Shown here: positions 20,146 to 30,074 of the stretch, piece by piece
Layout: every line of letters starts with the position of its first letter
Numbering within the stretch: the stretch's first letter is position 1
IMG/VR virus record: IMGVR_UViG_3300027963_005443
From: a virus
DNA length: 64,000 nt
Reading direction: 5' to 3' (one strand)
The notes under the pieces: generated by a model
What the model saw: the letters and a program-made list of their open reading frames with translations, nothing else
Told to the model about the DNA's origin: nothing
The model's database searches: none
Made by a program: the position numbers and the translations under genes

Positions 20146-20334
20146 TTAATTTTGGATCGATTTTAATAACCAATCTTTGAATCCCTCCATGTAACCACCA
20201 CCTCTTTGTTGGCGTTTGCAATAATTTTTTTGACTAAAACCCTTGGGATGATTGCAATTTATGCTTTTTTTGTATTTCAAGCTCCATCTGCTTTTCATAT
20301 TTTTTCTGGGTTTATTATATTCCATAATTATCAA
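20146..20334 (-). CDS. Small basic phage protein with WSxKYKKSINC-PKGFSQ motif
   Basis: Motif RWSLKYKKSINCNHPKGFSQKNYC, recalled from T4-like phage hypotheticals. Confidence 0.6.
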   Translation of the reverse strand: MIIMEYNKPRKNMKSRWSLKYKKSINCNHPKGFSQKNYCKRQQRGGGYMEGFKDWLLKSIQN

Positions 20335-20663
20335 CTTAAATATGTTGTTATTTCTACTTGATCGCCACTTGGCATCCAGTGCCAGCTAAATACTAAGACA
20401 CTATTAGTTGGAGTGTAGATATGTCTTATCGGATCTTCTATCTTTTCAATATTAAATCTTTGAGTATATTCTGGTGTCTTATCATGGACATTAAAACTGG
20501 GACTTCCTTCTATCTGAAACCCTTGATCTCTTAAGATTTCCTGTAAGGCTGTTAGTGCTTGACCGGGCTTATCCCAATAAGTTCTTAAGTTGGAAACACT
20601 CTTTCTTACTTGGTCATTTCTATGTATCTTATATTCTTCGTTTAGGAAATCTTTAAAATTCAT
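20331..20663 (-). CDS. Hypothetical protein with CTS-like N-terminus
   Basis: MNFKDFLNEE start. Confidence 0.65.
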   Translation of the reverse strand: MNFKDFLNEEYKIHRNDQVRKSVSNLRTYWDKPGQALTALQEILRDQGFQIEGSPSFNVHDKTPEYTQRFNIEKIEDPIRHIYTPTNSVLVFSWHWMPSGDQVEITTYLS

Positions 20664-20736
20664 TGCTTCTCCTTATGTTTTTATATCCTTATAATCCTTT
20701 ACGTGTATATATGTAAAAAATTTACTATTTTATAGT

Positions 20737-20991
20737 ATGATAAAACCGCTTTTGTTATCAATAACTTTATCTCAAACAACTCCAGTTGAACCTTATCATT
20801 CAAATAATCCCTATTGTGAAGATATATCTTATCAAGAATTCTGTGTACCGATCACGCAAAATAAAAATACATTAGAATATAACGTTTTTAGTCAAGACGA
20901 TATGGTCAAAGAACAAAATCAAAAAATATTAGACAATCTATTTAAGGAGATTATTGAAGATGAAACTATTAATCTACAATCAAGACCTTGA
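20737..20991 (+). CDS. Hypothetical protein
   Basis: 84 aa ORF with a short hydrophobic N-terminus. Confidence 0.5.
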   Translation: MIKPLLLSITLSQTTPVEPYHSNNPYCEDISYQEFCVPITQNKNTLEYNVFSQDDMVKEQNQKILDNLFKEIIEDETINLQSRP

Positions 20992-21187
20992 ACCAGTAGA
21001 ACAGAAAATAGAAATATATTTAGATCCAGAATTTCAATCTAAATATATTGAGTCATTAAGCATTTTCCCAGATGAAGATTACAGATGGGAATTAAAGATA
21101 TTTGATAGTAATATAATTCTGGATACGAGGGAGAAGAAGAAGGAAATCTTAACTTTGTTGAATCTTCTCAAAATACATATCGGTTAA
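20954..21187 (+). CDS. Hypothetical protein
   Basis: 77 aa ORF overlapping the previous one. Confidence 0.55.
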   Translation: MKMKLLIYNQDLEPVEQKIEIYLDPEFQSKYIESLSIFPDEDYRWELKIFDSNIILDTREKKKEILTLLNLLKIHIG

Positions 21188-21263
21188 ATCTAATTAAAAA
21201 AAAGATACATATATAATTTTATATAACTCATAAAGTGGATCAAACAATTAAAAAAGGAAAAAT

Positions 21264-22808
21264 ATGATAAAGCATTATGCGATACTAAAGGGACCGGCAG
21301 AAGATAGTAAAAACATAGTTAGAAACTTATCTAATACTAACACAACTGGGCCCTACCTGCCAATGGATTTGGCTAAAATATACAATTTTCCAGTTGGTTA
21401 TAACGGAAATGGACAAAGCGTAGCATTTATAGAACTGGGGGGAGGTTTTGTTCAAAATGACTTAAATAACTTTTTTGCACCATTTGGAATAACAGCACCT
21501 ACAGTGCAATTTGTATCAGTAGATGGGGCTATCAACTCTCCAACCACTGTGGATAGCGCAGATATAGAGGTGATGTTAGATTTAGCAGTTACTATCGGTG
21601 TGGCCCCAGAAATAACTCCAATAGTTTATATGGCCCCCAATACAGTTCAAGGATTCGCAAATGCCATAAATAGAGCGGTAAACGATGGAGTCAAAATAAT
21701 AAGTATTAGTTGGGGATTAACAGAAAGTCAATGGTACGATTCCGAACTGGCGGTCATGAATAACGCATTCCAAAATGCAGTAAACCAAGGAGTTAGCGTA
21801 TTCACGGCAGCAGGAGATAATGGAGCAAGTGACGGGCTACCGGGACTTAATACAGATTATCCAGCAAGTTCACCATATGTTACGGGTTGCGGAGGAACAA
21901 CATTAAGCTCGGTAGACAACACATCATACTTAAATGAAGTTGTTTGGAGTAATTCAACAAACTCAGCAACAGGAGGGGGAATTAGTAGAAAATTCCAGAT
22001 TCCTCAATATCAAATTGGATTTTTAACAGGAATTAAAAGAGGAGTCCCAGACGTAGCAGGAGTAGCTGATCCCGATACCGGAATAATAGTCCCAGTAGAC
22101 GGAAACAATTATATCGTAGGAGGCACAAGTGCCGTGGCACCATTGTGGGCAGGAGTAACAGCGGTTCTTAATCAAAGATTGGGCAGAAATCTGGGATTCT
22201 TAAACCCAATAATATATCCATTATTTAATAATCATTTAAATGATAGTACAAAACCATTTCATGATATAACAATAGGAAATAATAGCGGATATAGTGCAAA
22301 GGTTGGCTGGGATAATTGCACAGGCTGTGGAAGTCCAAATGTTCAAAGATTATACGAATTGTTATCATTGTCGCCAGCAGACGTGTTAACTAGCACACCT
22401 ACCCCAACTAAAACACTAACACCTACCCCAACTAAAACACTAACACCTACGCCAACTAAAACACTAACACCTACGCCAACTAAAACCAGAACACCTACAC
22501 CAACTAAAACACTAACACCTACACCAACTAAAACACTAACACCTACCCCAACTAAAACACTAACACCTACCCCAACTAAAACACTAACACCTACCCCAAC
22601 TAAAACGGCAACGCCCACATTAACTACTACTCCAACCAAAACTAGCACTCCAACTCCAACAAAAACACTAACACCTACACTAACTCAAACCAGTACACCA
22701 ATGCCAACCAGAACTCGAACACCAACGCTAACCAGAACCCCTACTGCAACCACAATTAGAAGAAGGCCAGTTAATGTGCCAGTAAAACCGCATTTACACC
22801 CATTCTGA
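21264..22808 (+). CDS. S53 (sedolisin/kumamolisin) peptidase with TPTPTKTL-repeat tail
   Basis: DIEVMLD (Glu/Asp), AAGDNG (oxyanion Asp), VGGTSAVAPLWAG (Ser), GWDNCTGCGSP (Ca site). Confidence 0.92.
   Translation: MIKHYAILKGPAEDSKNIVRNLSNTNTTGPYLPMDLAKIYNFPVGYNGNGQSVAFIELGGGFVQNDLNNFFAPFGITAPTVQFVSVDGAINSPTTVDSADIEVMLDLAVTIGVAPEITPIVYMAPNTVQGFANAINRAVNDGVKIISISWGLTESQWYDSELAVMNNAFQNAVNQGVSVFTAAGDNGASDGLPGLNTDYPASSPYVTGCGGTTLSSVDNTSYLNEVVWSNSTNSATGGGISRKFQIPQYQIGFLTGIKRGVPDVAGVADPDTGIIVPVDGNNYIVGGTSAVAPLWAGVTAVLNQRLGRNLGFLNPIIYPLFNNHLNDSTKPFHDITIGNNSGYSAKVGWDNCTGCGSPNVQRLYELLSLSPADVLTSTPTPTKTLTPTPTKTLTPTPTKTLTPTPTKTRTPTPTKTLTPTPTKTLTPTPTKTLTPTPTKTLTPTPTKTATPTLTTTPTKTSTPTPTKTLTPTLTQTSTPMPTRTRTPTLTRTPTATTIRRRPVNVPVKPHLHPF
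22395..22610 (+). repeat. 24-bp tandem repeat x9 (TPTPTKTL)
   Basis: acacctac(c/g/a)ccaactaaaacacta units read directly from the sequence. Confidence 0.9.
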
Positions 22809-22845
22809 TGTGAGTTTTTATTTAATAAGTTCCATATATATCTTT

Positions 22846-23877
22846 ATGCAAACTTTTAAAGAATATATAGAAAAAAGAGAAGAAATAGATGAATCACTCA
22901 TAGGGGCGGCAAAGTTTGTCGGAGGATTCGGAGGAAATCTATTGGGCCAGTCCTCAAGGGGATTATTGAATCTGGGTAAGGGGGCAGCAAAAGTTGGATT
23001 GGGGGCACTTGGTGCTGCGGCTGATGTGGTAAAGGGCACAGCCCAAGCATCGCTTGGAGATACTGAGAGGTCGTCGAGAAGCTTAAGTAGTGCAAAAAAA
23101 AGAATTTCGACTGTTGGATCCGGACTTGTTGATGCCAGTAAGGGAGCGGTGCAATTGGCTGGGGCTGCGACCGGAGTTACTCCCTTTTTAAGAGGAGTCC
23201 AGGCGTCTTCAGAAGAAGGCATTGCTCCTTTATCTAGGGAGAGAAATAGTGCACAAGAATTGCTTGGATTAAACGCAAATCAGGCCCCAAGAGAAAAAGA
23301 AAGAAAAATCAAAAGATCCCAAATACAAAGACCAAAAAAGGAAGATTTATTTGTATTATCTCCCGTAACAGATAGCAAAAATGTTGCACACTACATAAGC
23401 GAAGCCTATAAAGCATCACAAGAAGGTAAAAAAGTGATAACTTATGATGCAAAGGAATTTGTAAGTAATTTACTTATATCTTATAGTAACCACAAGAATA
23501 AAAATCCAAAAATAGATAAAAAACTAAATTATATTCTCAAAAGATATTTTCCTAATTATAAAATCATAAAAATGAAGAGTTTTGAGAGCATGGGAATTCA
23601 AATGAATGCCGACAGCATTCTGAAGATTAAAAACTTTATAAATTCAGTTATAGTTCTGGAAGTGGACAACCCAGAAAAAGTTACCTACTTGCCAGAAGAT
23701 TCAGAAAAATTCAGAAAAGATTTAATTGAAATACATAATAATGTATTAAATACTAAAAATTTTAACAAAAATATTCAAGGTGATATAAAAGATCTAAAGA
23801 AACAAGTATTAAGAATATTAAATCATTATTATCCAGAAAAAGAATTTAAAACAGAAACAAGAAAAGAATCTAATTAA
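22846..23877 (+). CDS. Hypothetical protein with CTS-like N-terminus and Gly/Ala-rich amphipathic region
   Basis: Start placed at MQTFKEYIE, preceded by ATATATA. Confidence 0.65.
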   Translation: MQTFKEYIEKREEIDESLIGAAKFVGGFGGNLLGQSSRGLLNLGKGAAKVGLGALGAAADVVKGTAQASLGDTERSSRSLSSAKKRISTVGSGLVDASKGAVQLAGAATGVTPFLRGVQASSEEGIAPLSRERNSAQELLGLNANQAPREKERKIKRSQIQRPKKEDLFVLSPVTDSKNVAHYISEAYKASQEGKKVITYDAKEFVSNLLISYSNHKNKNPKIDKKLNYILKRYFPNYKIIKMKSFESMGIQMNADSILKIKNFINSVIVLEVDNPEKVTYLPEDSEKFRKDLIEIHNNVLNTKNFNKNIQGDIKDLKKQVLRILNHYYPEKEFKTETRKESN

Positions 23878-24076
23878 AATCTCTGATTGCTTCTCTGTTC
23901 TTTTCTCCACGGCTGCCTTTTTTTGTTTTTGGCTGCATAACTCCTGCTTTTCCGTGCTGCATTTCACTTGCTGCTTTTTTAGAAGCACGCTGATGAAGCT
24001 CCAAAGAACTCATACGCTCTGGCATCTTCTCTGCGGATCTTTGATTTCTTTTTTCAAGCCAAAGTGAAAATTTCAT
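23870..24076 (-). CDS. Small basic hypothetical protein
   Basis: MKFSLWLE start; GAGG SD upstream. Confidence 0.6.
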   Translation of the reverse strand: MKFSLWLEKRNQRSAEKMPERMSSLELHQRASKKAASEMQHGKAGVMQPKTKKGSRGEKNREAIRDFN

Positions 24077-24114
24077 ATTTTACCTCTCGTATAACTTATA
24101 CATTTATATATGCA

Positions 24115-24780
24115 CTATATATTATATTTGAAGATACTTGACTTGCTTATGGCTTGGGTGAACTTTTTATTTTTCATCTTTTCATAGAAATCTTTAGACA
24201 GATCTTCAATATCATTAGTATCTTTAAATAAGCCTACATTACTGAAGAGATCTCTATGGCAAATAAAACTATAGAGCGGTAAATATTCATTCTCCAAGAT
24301 AACATCAGAGTTCTCGTCTTGGAAATTTAAGAAAAATGAATTATTCTGAATATATGGCGAAACAATCTTTACTCCCCGGGACTTTAATCTCTGCATGGTT
24401 TCACCCAAATTCAAAAGCCAAGATGGACCTAACGGGGTTGTTTCTGGGCTAAGGACAAGAATCCATGGATTACTGGACTTTTTAATAACTAAGTTTATAT
24501 TTTCCCCGAGTGTCTTGGGTTGTGCATTTCTATGAAACTCCATGAAATCAAATTTTTTAAAATTTTCTATAAACCCAAGTTCAAAAGAACTATTGTAAAC
24601 AATATTTAATTTATACTTGTTAATAACAGTTTTAAGAATATTCTCAAACAAAGAAATTAAAGAGTTATAAGATCCATTGAACGGAACAATAATATCCAAC
24701 CTGGCGTCGGAGAATCTAGCTATTTCAAAAGCCTTTGATTTAAATGTTTTTTCTTCCATATAATTCTTCCCATTTTTCAA
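24115..24780 (-). CDS. GT2-like glycosyltransferase (possibly degenerate)
   Basis: LDIIVPFNG, SNPWILVLSPET, YLPLYSFICHRDLFSNVGLF. Canonical DxD is not evident. Confidence 0.55.
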   Translation of the reverse strand: MKNGKNYMEEKTFKSKAFEIARFSDARLDIIVPFNGSYNSLISLFENILKTVINKYKLNIVYNSSFELGFIENFKKFDFMEFHRNAQPKTLGENINLVIKKSSNPWILVLSPETTPLGPSWLLNLGETMQRLKSRGVKIVSPYIQNNSFFLNFQDENSDVILENEYLPLYSFICHRDLFSNVGLFKDTNDIEDLSKDFYEKMKNKKFTQAISKSSIFKYNI

Positions 24781-25285
24781 AACTAAGGAATTCTTTGTCT
24801 TTTTTAGAAATCAATAATTCCTTAGAATCTATTTGCCAATCTATGTCTAAACTATCATCATTGTAGATGATAGAAGATTCTTTTTTAGAATCATAAAAAT
24901 CGTCCTGCATGTATACCACATTGGTATTATCTGTCAACGACAAGAACGCATGACCACAATTCTCAGGAATCAAAATCTGTCTCTTGTTTTCAGAGTTCAA
25001 TATTACTGAGGAGTATTGCTTGTAAGTCTCGGAATCAGGTCTGAGGTCCACGCACACATCCAATATTGAACCAAAAACACATGAGACTAATTTTTTGAAT
25101 GGAGAGACATGTATGCCACGCAAAACATTTTTATGACTAAAAGAATGATTGACTTGTTTTGGAATAAATGTAAAATCACTATATTTAACCTCTTGAAAAA
25201 TTTCTCTAAAAAAGCCTCTTTCATCCTTATATATTTGTGGAGTGATTAGGTAACAATCTTTTATTTTTAATCTTTCAAATAACAT
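24740..25285 (-). CDS. rmlC: dTDP-4-dehydrorhamnose 3,5-epimerase
   Basis: DERGFFRE, QVNHSFSHKNVLRGIH, KLVSCVFGSILDVCVDLRPDSETY, IPENCGHAF. Start placed at MLFERL. Confidence 0.93.
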   Translation of the reverse strand: MLFERLKIKDCYLITPQIYKDERGFFREIFQEVKYSDFTFIPKQVNHSFSHKNVLRGIHVSPFKKLVSCVFGSILDVCVDLRPDSETYKQYSSVILNSENKRQILIPENCGHAFLSLTDNTNVVYMQDDFYDSKKESSIIYNDDSLDIDWQIDSKELLISKKDKEFLSFEKWEELYGRKNI

Positions 25286-25862
25286 GGAAAACACGCCTCT
25301 TGTTTTAATATTGAATAAATCTTTTGTTCCAATAAATGTCACTGACTATAGAAGAGCAATTACTTTGATTTTTTCCGAGCGTGCCAAAATCCTTGATTAC
25401 AAGACATACAACCTATATTCTTGGGAAGAGTGGGGCCAGTTAGATTTAGATTATTATCAAAAAATTAAAACAAGCTCCAGATATTATTATATACCAGAGA
25501 TAATAATGCTGAATCATTATGACAGGTATCAAAAAAGAAGATTTAAAGCTAATAAAAAGAATATATTTAAAAGAGACAAGGGAATATGCCAATATTGTGA
25601 TATTTGTTTAAACTATGCGCAGGCAACAATAGATCACATAAATCCAAAAAGTAAAAATGGAAAATTAAGTTGGGAGAACTGCGTGCTTTCTTGCAGAAAA
25701 TGCAATCATAAAAAAGCAAATTTATCACTCGAACAAGCAAATATGAAGCTGGCGAGATCACCTTCAATACCAAATTTTAATATAATAGATATTAATAGTT
25801 TCTTTTATTTTCAAACAAAAACTCCAGAGAGCTGGAGAGTTTTTCAGGAGCAGAAAAATTGA
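25284..25862 (+). CDS. HNH endonuclease
   Basis: VLILNKSFVP, IFKRDKGICQYC, TIDHINPKSKNG, WENCVLSCRKCNHKK. Confidence 0.92.
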   Translation: MENTPLVLILNKSFVPINVTDYRRAITLIFSERAKILDYKTYNLYSWEEWGQLDLDYYQKIKTSSRYYYIPEIIMLNHYDRYQKRRFKANKKNIFKRDKGICQYCDICLNYAQATIDHINPKSKNGKLSWENCVLSCRKCNHKKANLSLEQANMKLARSPSIPNFNIIDINSFFYFQTKTPESWRVFQEQKN

Positions 25863-25996
25863 AGAAAAAATTCATAACAGTTGCAGCTTTTTCTGTTCTT
25901 GCTTTAAGTGGAGTAATTTCTGGACTATTTAGCTTTTTTACAAATTTAATATTAGGTAGGGTTTATAATAAGAAAAGAAAAAGAAAAACTAAATGA
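25859..25996 (+). CDS. Small single-pass membrane protein (45 aa, TTG start; not in ORF track)
   Basis: AGGAG 8 nt before TTG; KKKFITVAAFSVLALSGVISGLFSFFTNLILG followed by a polybasic tail. Confidence 0.5.
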   Translation: MKKKFITVAAFSVLALSGVISGLFSFFTNLILGRVYNKKRKRKTK

Positions 25997-26017
25997 AGCT
26001 AGGCCTCATTTAGTTTT
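25985..26017. terminator. Inverted repeat between convergent genes
   Basis: aaaactaaatga-agctaggcc-tcatttagtttt (12-bp AT-rich stem). Confidence 0.4.
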
Positions 26018-26206
26018 AAATAAATCAGTTTTAACCCAGCAAAAATTATCTTCTGACCAAACTATTGGATAATTTTTAGGCATGGATTCTAGTATATCAA
26101 ATAACTCTACTTCTGTTTTTGCGTGTTCAAGGCTTCTATGAAAGATTAAAGGATGTACTTCCTTATACCTTTCTCTTAGTTTTTCTACGATTTTTTGGTC
26201 TAGCAT
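26006..26206 (-). CDS. Hypothetical protein
   Basis: 66 aa ORF; VHPLIFHRSLEHAK. Confidence 0.65.
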   Translation of the reverse strand: MLDQKIVEKLRERYKEVHPLIFHRSLEHAKTEVELFDILESMPKNYPIVWSEDNFCWVKTDLFKTK

Positions 26207-26447
26207 TTATTTTATTCCAAACAAACAGAAAGAGTATTCCTCCCAAAACCGAAAAAATCAAGCCCGCTGGGTGATATCTGTGAGTATTGCCCAATGCATA
26301 ACTCAGAAGTCCTCCCGCATATGATCCGACTACTCCTATGAATAAAGTTGGTACCCATCCATTCATTTTTTCATCACCTGGGTGTAGTTTTTTTGAAACA
26401 ACTCCCACAAAAAGACCGAAAAACAACCACATTACAAGATTAATCAT
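26163..26447 (-). CDS. GlsB/YeaQ/YmgE family (transglycosylase-associated) membrane protein
   Basis: WLFFGLFVGVVSKKLHPG...TLFIGVVGSYAGG...GLIFSVLGGILFL. Confidence 0.85.
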   Translation of the reverse strand: MINLVMWLFFGLFVGVVSKKLHPGDEKMNGWVPTLFIGVVGSYAGGLLSYALGNTHRYHPAGLIFSVLGGILFLFVWNKINARPKNRRKTKRKV

Positions 26448-26449
26448 AA

Positions 26450-27334
26450 CTATTTCCTTCCTATATTTAGATAATTATCAGGAATATTATCTTTTTTCAA
26501 TTCATTGAAAATATCCCTATAGTATCTATTGTAGGAACTGTCTAAAGATTTCGAATCAAATCCACAAATCTTATCATTTTTACCAAAGAAGTATTCAAGG
26601 AACTTAGATTCACCAAATTCTTTCTTTAACATTAAGCAAAAAACTAAAGAATCCGTGTTAAATTTATCTTTATTTTCTTGATTCATTTTTTGATAGTCTT
26701 TTTCAGTAACCTTGAGGAAATTGGTGCCGGGCTGAGTTTCAGAGACTCTACCAATTATATTTTTAATATTATCCGATGATGTATTTAACTCAGACATGCC
26801 CTTAAAGGCGACGAACGATAAGCTTGGATCCAAATCACGAAGACAAACCTCGGTTACCGCCTCACGGACAGAATTGTCGAATAGATTCATATCCTCTACA
26901 TCCAGCCATATAGCCACCACATCATCTCTAAACTCAATTCTATAAGACTGCAGTCCAAACAACCTTTTTAAAAGCTCTTTGCTCGGAGCCAGCATTATCC
27001 TGCAGTCTTTTGACAATGAAGAATCTTTGAGCCCCCATCTACTCAAGCAATCCTTTTTAATATTCTCTATATTATGAAATAGATTCTCACCTTGTTTTTT
27101 GTCTATGCTTAATATTGTGAAATTATCAGTTTCGTATCTATTCCAAACAAGATCTTTTATTGAATCCTTATCTCCGCCATAATCCCCAAAGGGCTTGAGA
27201 GATTGAGCCGGTTCCGGATCTATTATAGAATAATTAATATCGGCTTGAGTTGTTGATATCAGGATCCGATCCAGTGAGTCTGCAAATGAGACTCCAGAGA
27301 AAACAAATAATAGCAGAATAAATAAATTTTTCAT
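26450..27334 (-). CDS. Secreted hypothetical protein
   Basis: Signal-peptide-like N-terminus MKNLFILLLFVFSGVSFA|D. Confidence 0.65.
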   Translation of the reverse strand: MKNLFILLLFVFSGVSFADSLDRILISTTQADINYSIIDPEPAQSLKPFGDYGGDKDSIKDLVWNRYETDNFTILSIDKKQGENLFHNIENIKKDCLSRWGLKDSSLSKDCRIMLAPSKELLKRLFGLQSYRIEFRDDVVAIWLDVEDMNLFDNSVREAVTEVCLRDLDPSLSFVAFKGMSELNTSSDNIKNIIGRVSETQPGTNFLKVTEKDYQKMNQENKDKFNTDSLVFCLMLKKEFGESKFLEYFFGKNDKICGFDSKSLDSSYNRYYRDIFNELKKDNIPDNYLNIGRK

Positions 27335-27377
27335 AATTAACCTTTAATAAGTTGTTATTATAATATAGTCTAAAATT

Positions 27378-29309
27378 TTAGACATATACTGTCGTTCGAG
27401 TAACTTTATTCTCTATTTGATTTTTGGAAACAGTAAATTTAATATCTGGGTTCTTAATCCAATAATCGGAAGAAAATAACCCTATATTATCATAAAATAT
27501 AAAATTATCATAATAGGCCTGGTATCCTATGAAGAAATATTTTTTTATTATATTATACTTAAAAGAAAAAGAAAACTCTGAATTGTATTGGCAAATAAAT
27601 TCACTGGGTACAGTTAGATATAATCTAGTATCAAAATCAGTGCCATCTTTAAGAGTTCTAGACACATACATAGAGAATCTCCAATAGTAACTAGAGTCGC
27701 TATAGTTATTGTAGTTGACTATAGAAGAAAGTTGAGACTGAGATTGTGCCAAATAACCTTCTAATGAAATCGGATTCCCGGATGAATCGATTTTTCCAGA
27801 ATTAATCCAATCTTGTTCGATGGTGTCTAGCAAGGACTCATTGAACAACACGTCTCCACTATTTTTAGAATAATTAACACATCCAAAGTCAAAGACAATC
27901 TTCCAATCCTCGTTTAAATATTTATCTTTATAGTGGAATATATTGGTCCATAAATTTTGTTTAGAATCATAAGTGAACCGTATGTTCTCTTGAATTTCCT
28001 GGGAATTTCTATTTAAAACATTATTTAATAAATTGAGATTACTCAAGTTGTTGTTGCAATACAATACTCCAGGCAGTGATGAACAGCCGTAGCATTTAAC
28101 AGAAACATCATTTGGCGGGAAATATAAGTTCTGCAGAAACATTTCTTCATAAGAAGGAATTAAACAAACTAAATCTGTGCAGTATCCTTCTGGTGGGACT
28201 GGCTCTATTTTTACTCTTATTTTAGTCTCAAAAGTTCCCAAGAAATTTCCCTTATGAGAATAATCACTAGAGAATATGATTCTCCCAGTAGGCTTATACG
28301 ACCATTTGTTACTAACCTGTGATTCTGGGGCAAATATTATTGATCCGTCGCCATCATAAAAGAAATTATTGTTATCCGGACCCGACCATCTTACCTTGGA
28401 CTTTCCATTAAAATATATAAATCCTTCAGGAAAATAATCTTTATATATTGGATATTCTGCTTCTCCTCTGAATCTTATGGCCTTTTTTACAGGAGTATAT
28501 TCCCAACTAGAAGAGACTAATCCAGCATAGCCAGAAAATTTTATATACCTACTAATATCGTAAGATTCATTGTATTCATCTTCGCTAAATGAACCATAAT
28601 TTAATTCTGCTACGTATCTGTATGCATTTGTGTAAACTATGGAGTAAGAGCTAAATGATGCGAATCCACTTCCATAATAAGGAATCCTATAGGGCAATTT
28701 TTTACTATCCCCAGAAAAACTTATTTTTCCATTTCCCGTGACAGCAAAACGTTGACCTGTTAAAAGTATTCTTACTTTGTTTTCAGGTTTAGGAAAATAT
28801 TCGTCATAAGATTGTATTGAGGGAGACTGGGTGGTGGTTGCGAGAGAATTTTTCCTAAAACTAACGGTGGTGGCAACCTTGATTCTGACCGACTCGGAGT
28901 ACTCTGTACTCAATGCCACACATTCAGTTATCTTTTTAAAATCAACAACTTCTAATATATTACAGATATCATTGGTGCTAGAATTACTTATAGCTGGGCG
29001 TGACCATTTTTTAACACTACAGAGCTTCCAATTCCAGCCAGTATCATTTAATTCTTGGCAAAGCTCTTCTACGCTATTAGCTAGTATTATTTGAAAATAC
29101 TGGCTCTTGTTTTGACATTCTGAGTTTGGATTTATGGGAGGGCAAACATCGGTATTGTTTGTTGATAAATCTTTACAGCAACCTTTAACCTCATACCAAT
29201 AAGAGGACACAGAGCCAGTGTTCCAAATGAACTTGTGCTCAGTATTTGCAGGATATGCCTGATCCCAGAATATGTTTTTAGATAATTCTACTCTTAAATA
29301 ATCATCCAT
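27378..29309 (-). CDS. Hypothetical protein (643 aa, putative structural)
   Basis: Long ORF with internal G.I.FSG/G.I.F repeats and Cys pairs. Confidence 0.65.
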   Translation of the reverse strand: MDDYLRVELSKNIFWDQAYPANTEHKFIWNTGSVSSYWYEVKGCCKDLSTNNTDVCPPINPNSECQNKSQYFQIILANSVEELCQELNDTGWNWKLCSVKKWSRPAISNSSTNDICNILEVVDFKKITECVALSTEYSESVRIKVATTVSFRKNSLATTTQSPSIQSYDEYFPKPENKVRILLTGQRFAVTGNGKISFSGDSKKLPYRIPYYGSGFASFSSYSIVYTNAYRYVAELNYGSFSEDEYNESYDISRYIKFSGYAGLVSSSWEYTPVKKAIRFRGEAEYPIYKDYFPEGFIYFNGKSKVRWSGPDNNNFFYDGDGSIIFAPESQVSNKWSYKPTGRIIFSSDYSHKGNFLGTFETKIRVKIEPVPPEGYCTDLVCLIPSYEEMFLQNLYFPPNDVSVKCYGCSSLPGVLYCNNNLSNLNLLNNVLNRNSQEIQENIRFTYDSKQNLWTNIFHYKDKYLNEDWKIVFDFGCVNYSKNSGDVLFNESLLDTIEQDWINSGKIDSSGNPISLEGYLAQSQSQLSSIVNYNNYSDSSYYWRFSMYVSRTLKDGTDFDTRLYLTVPSEFICQYNSEFSFSFKYNIIKKYFFIGYQAYYDNFIFYDNIGLFSSDYWIKNPDIKFTVSKNQIENKVTRTTVYV

Positions 29310-29327
29310 AGAACTATCTATTATTCA

Positions 29328-30074
29328 TCATTCACCTATTTTTGCCAAAATTCTGGAAATTACAGGATTCCTGATAATGTCTGAGTTATCGAATCTAAAG
29401 GTTCCCACACTCTCTATTCCGGTTAATTTGTTATACCAATATGGCAATCCAGATTCTCCTTCATAAAGATCCGTTTGTTTATCATCTCCAACCAAAATGG
29501 CCTTGCTATTAAAACCCACTCTAGTGACAAACAGCTTTATTTGGGAATGCGTACAATTCTGGCATTCATCTAATATCATATAGCTATTATGATAATTCAT
29601 ACCTCTCATATAAGCTAATGGCGCTATGATTATTTCATTTTTGCCCACACGATTAACTCCATTGTTTATGAAAGTTTGGAGTTCTTGTTTGCTTATGTAT
29701 TTTGATAATTCATAATAAATTGGTTGTAGATACGGGTCGAGTTTCTGTGAAAAGTCACCAGGCAAGAATCCAAGATTTTCTCCCGCCTCAACAACTGGTC
29801 TTGTTATTATTAAACTTTTATATTCTCCAATTAAAAGTTTCTCTATTCCATAAGCTACCGCTATTAATGTTTTTCCGCATCCTGCAGGGCCGACCCCCAT
29901 GGAAACCGTATTCTCTGATATCGTTCTTATAAACTCGGCCTGATTTTTAGTTTTAGGCTTAAGTTGTTTGGCCTGTTTTATTTCTCTGGGCTGATTTTGC
30001 ATCTGATTTTGTATTGTTCCATTATTTGGGGTTTTTCTATTTTTAGATTTTTTGGATTTTTTAGGTCTACTCAT
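29328..30074 (-). CDS. phoH: PhoH family ATPase
   Basis: PKTKNQ, GPAGCGKT, RPVVEAGENLGFLPG, LAYMRG, LDECQN, GDDKQTDL, DIIRNP. Confidence 0.95.
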   Translation of the reverse strand: MSRPKKSKKSKNRKTPNNGTIQNQMQNQPREIKQAKQLKPKTKNQAEFIRTISENTVSMGVGPAGCGKTLIAVAYGIEKLLIGEYKSLIITRPVVEAGENLGFLPGDFSQKLDPYLQPIYYELSKYISKQELQTFINNGVNRVGKNEIIIAPLAYMRGMNYHNSYMILDECQNCTHSQIKLFVTRVGFNSKAILVGDDKQTDLYEGESGLPYWYNKLTGIESVGTFRFDNSDIIRNPVISRILAKIGE

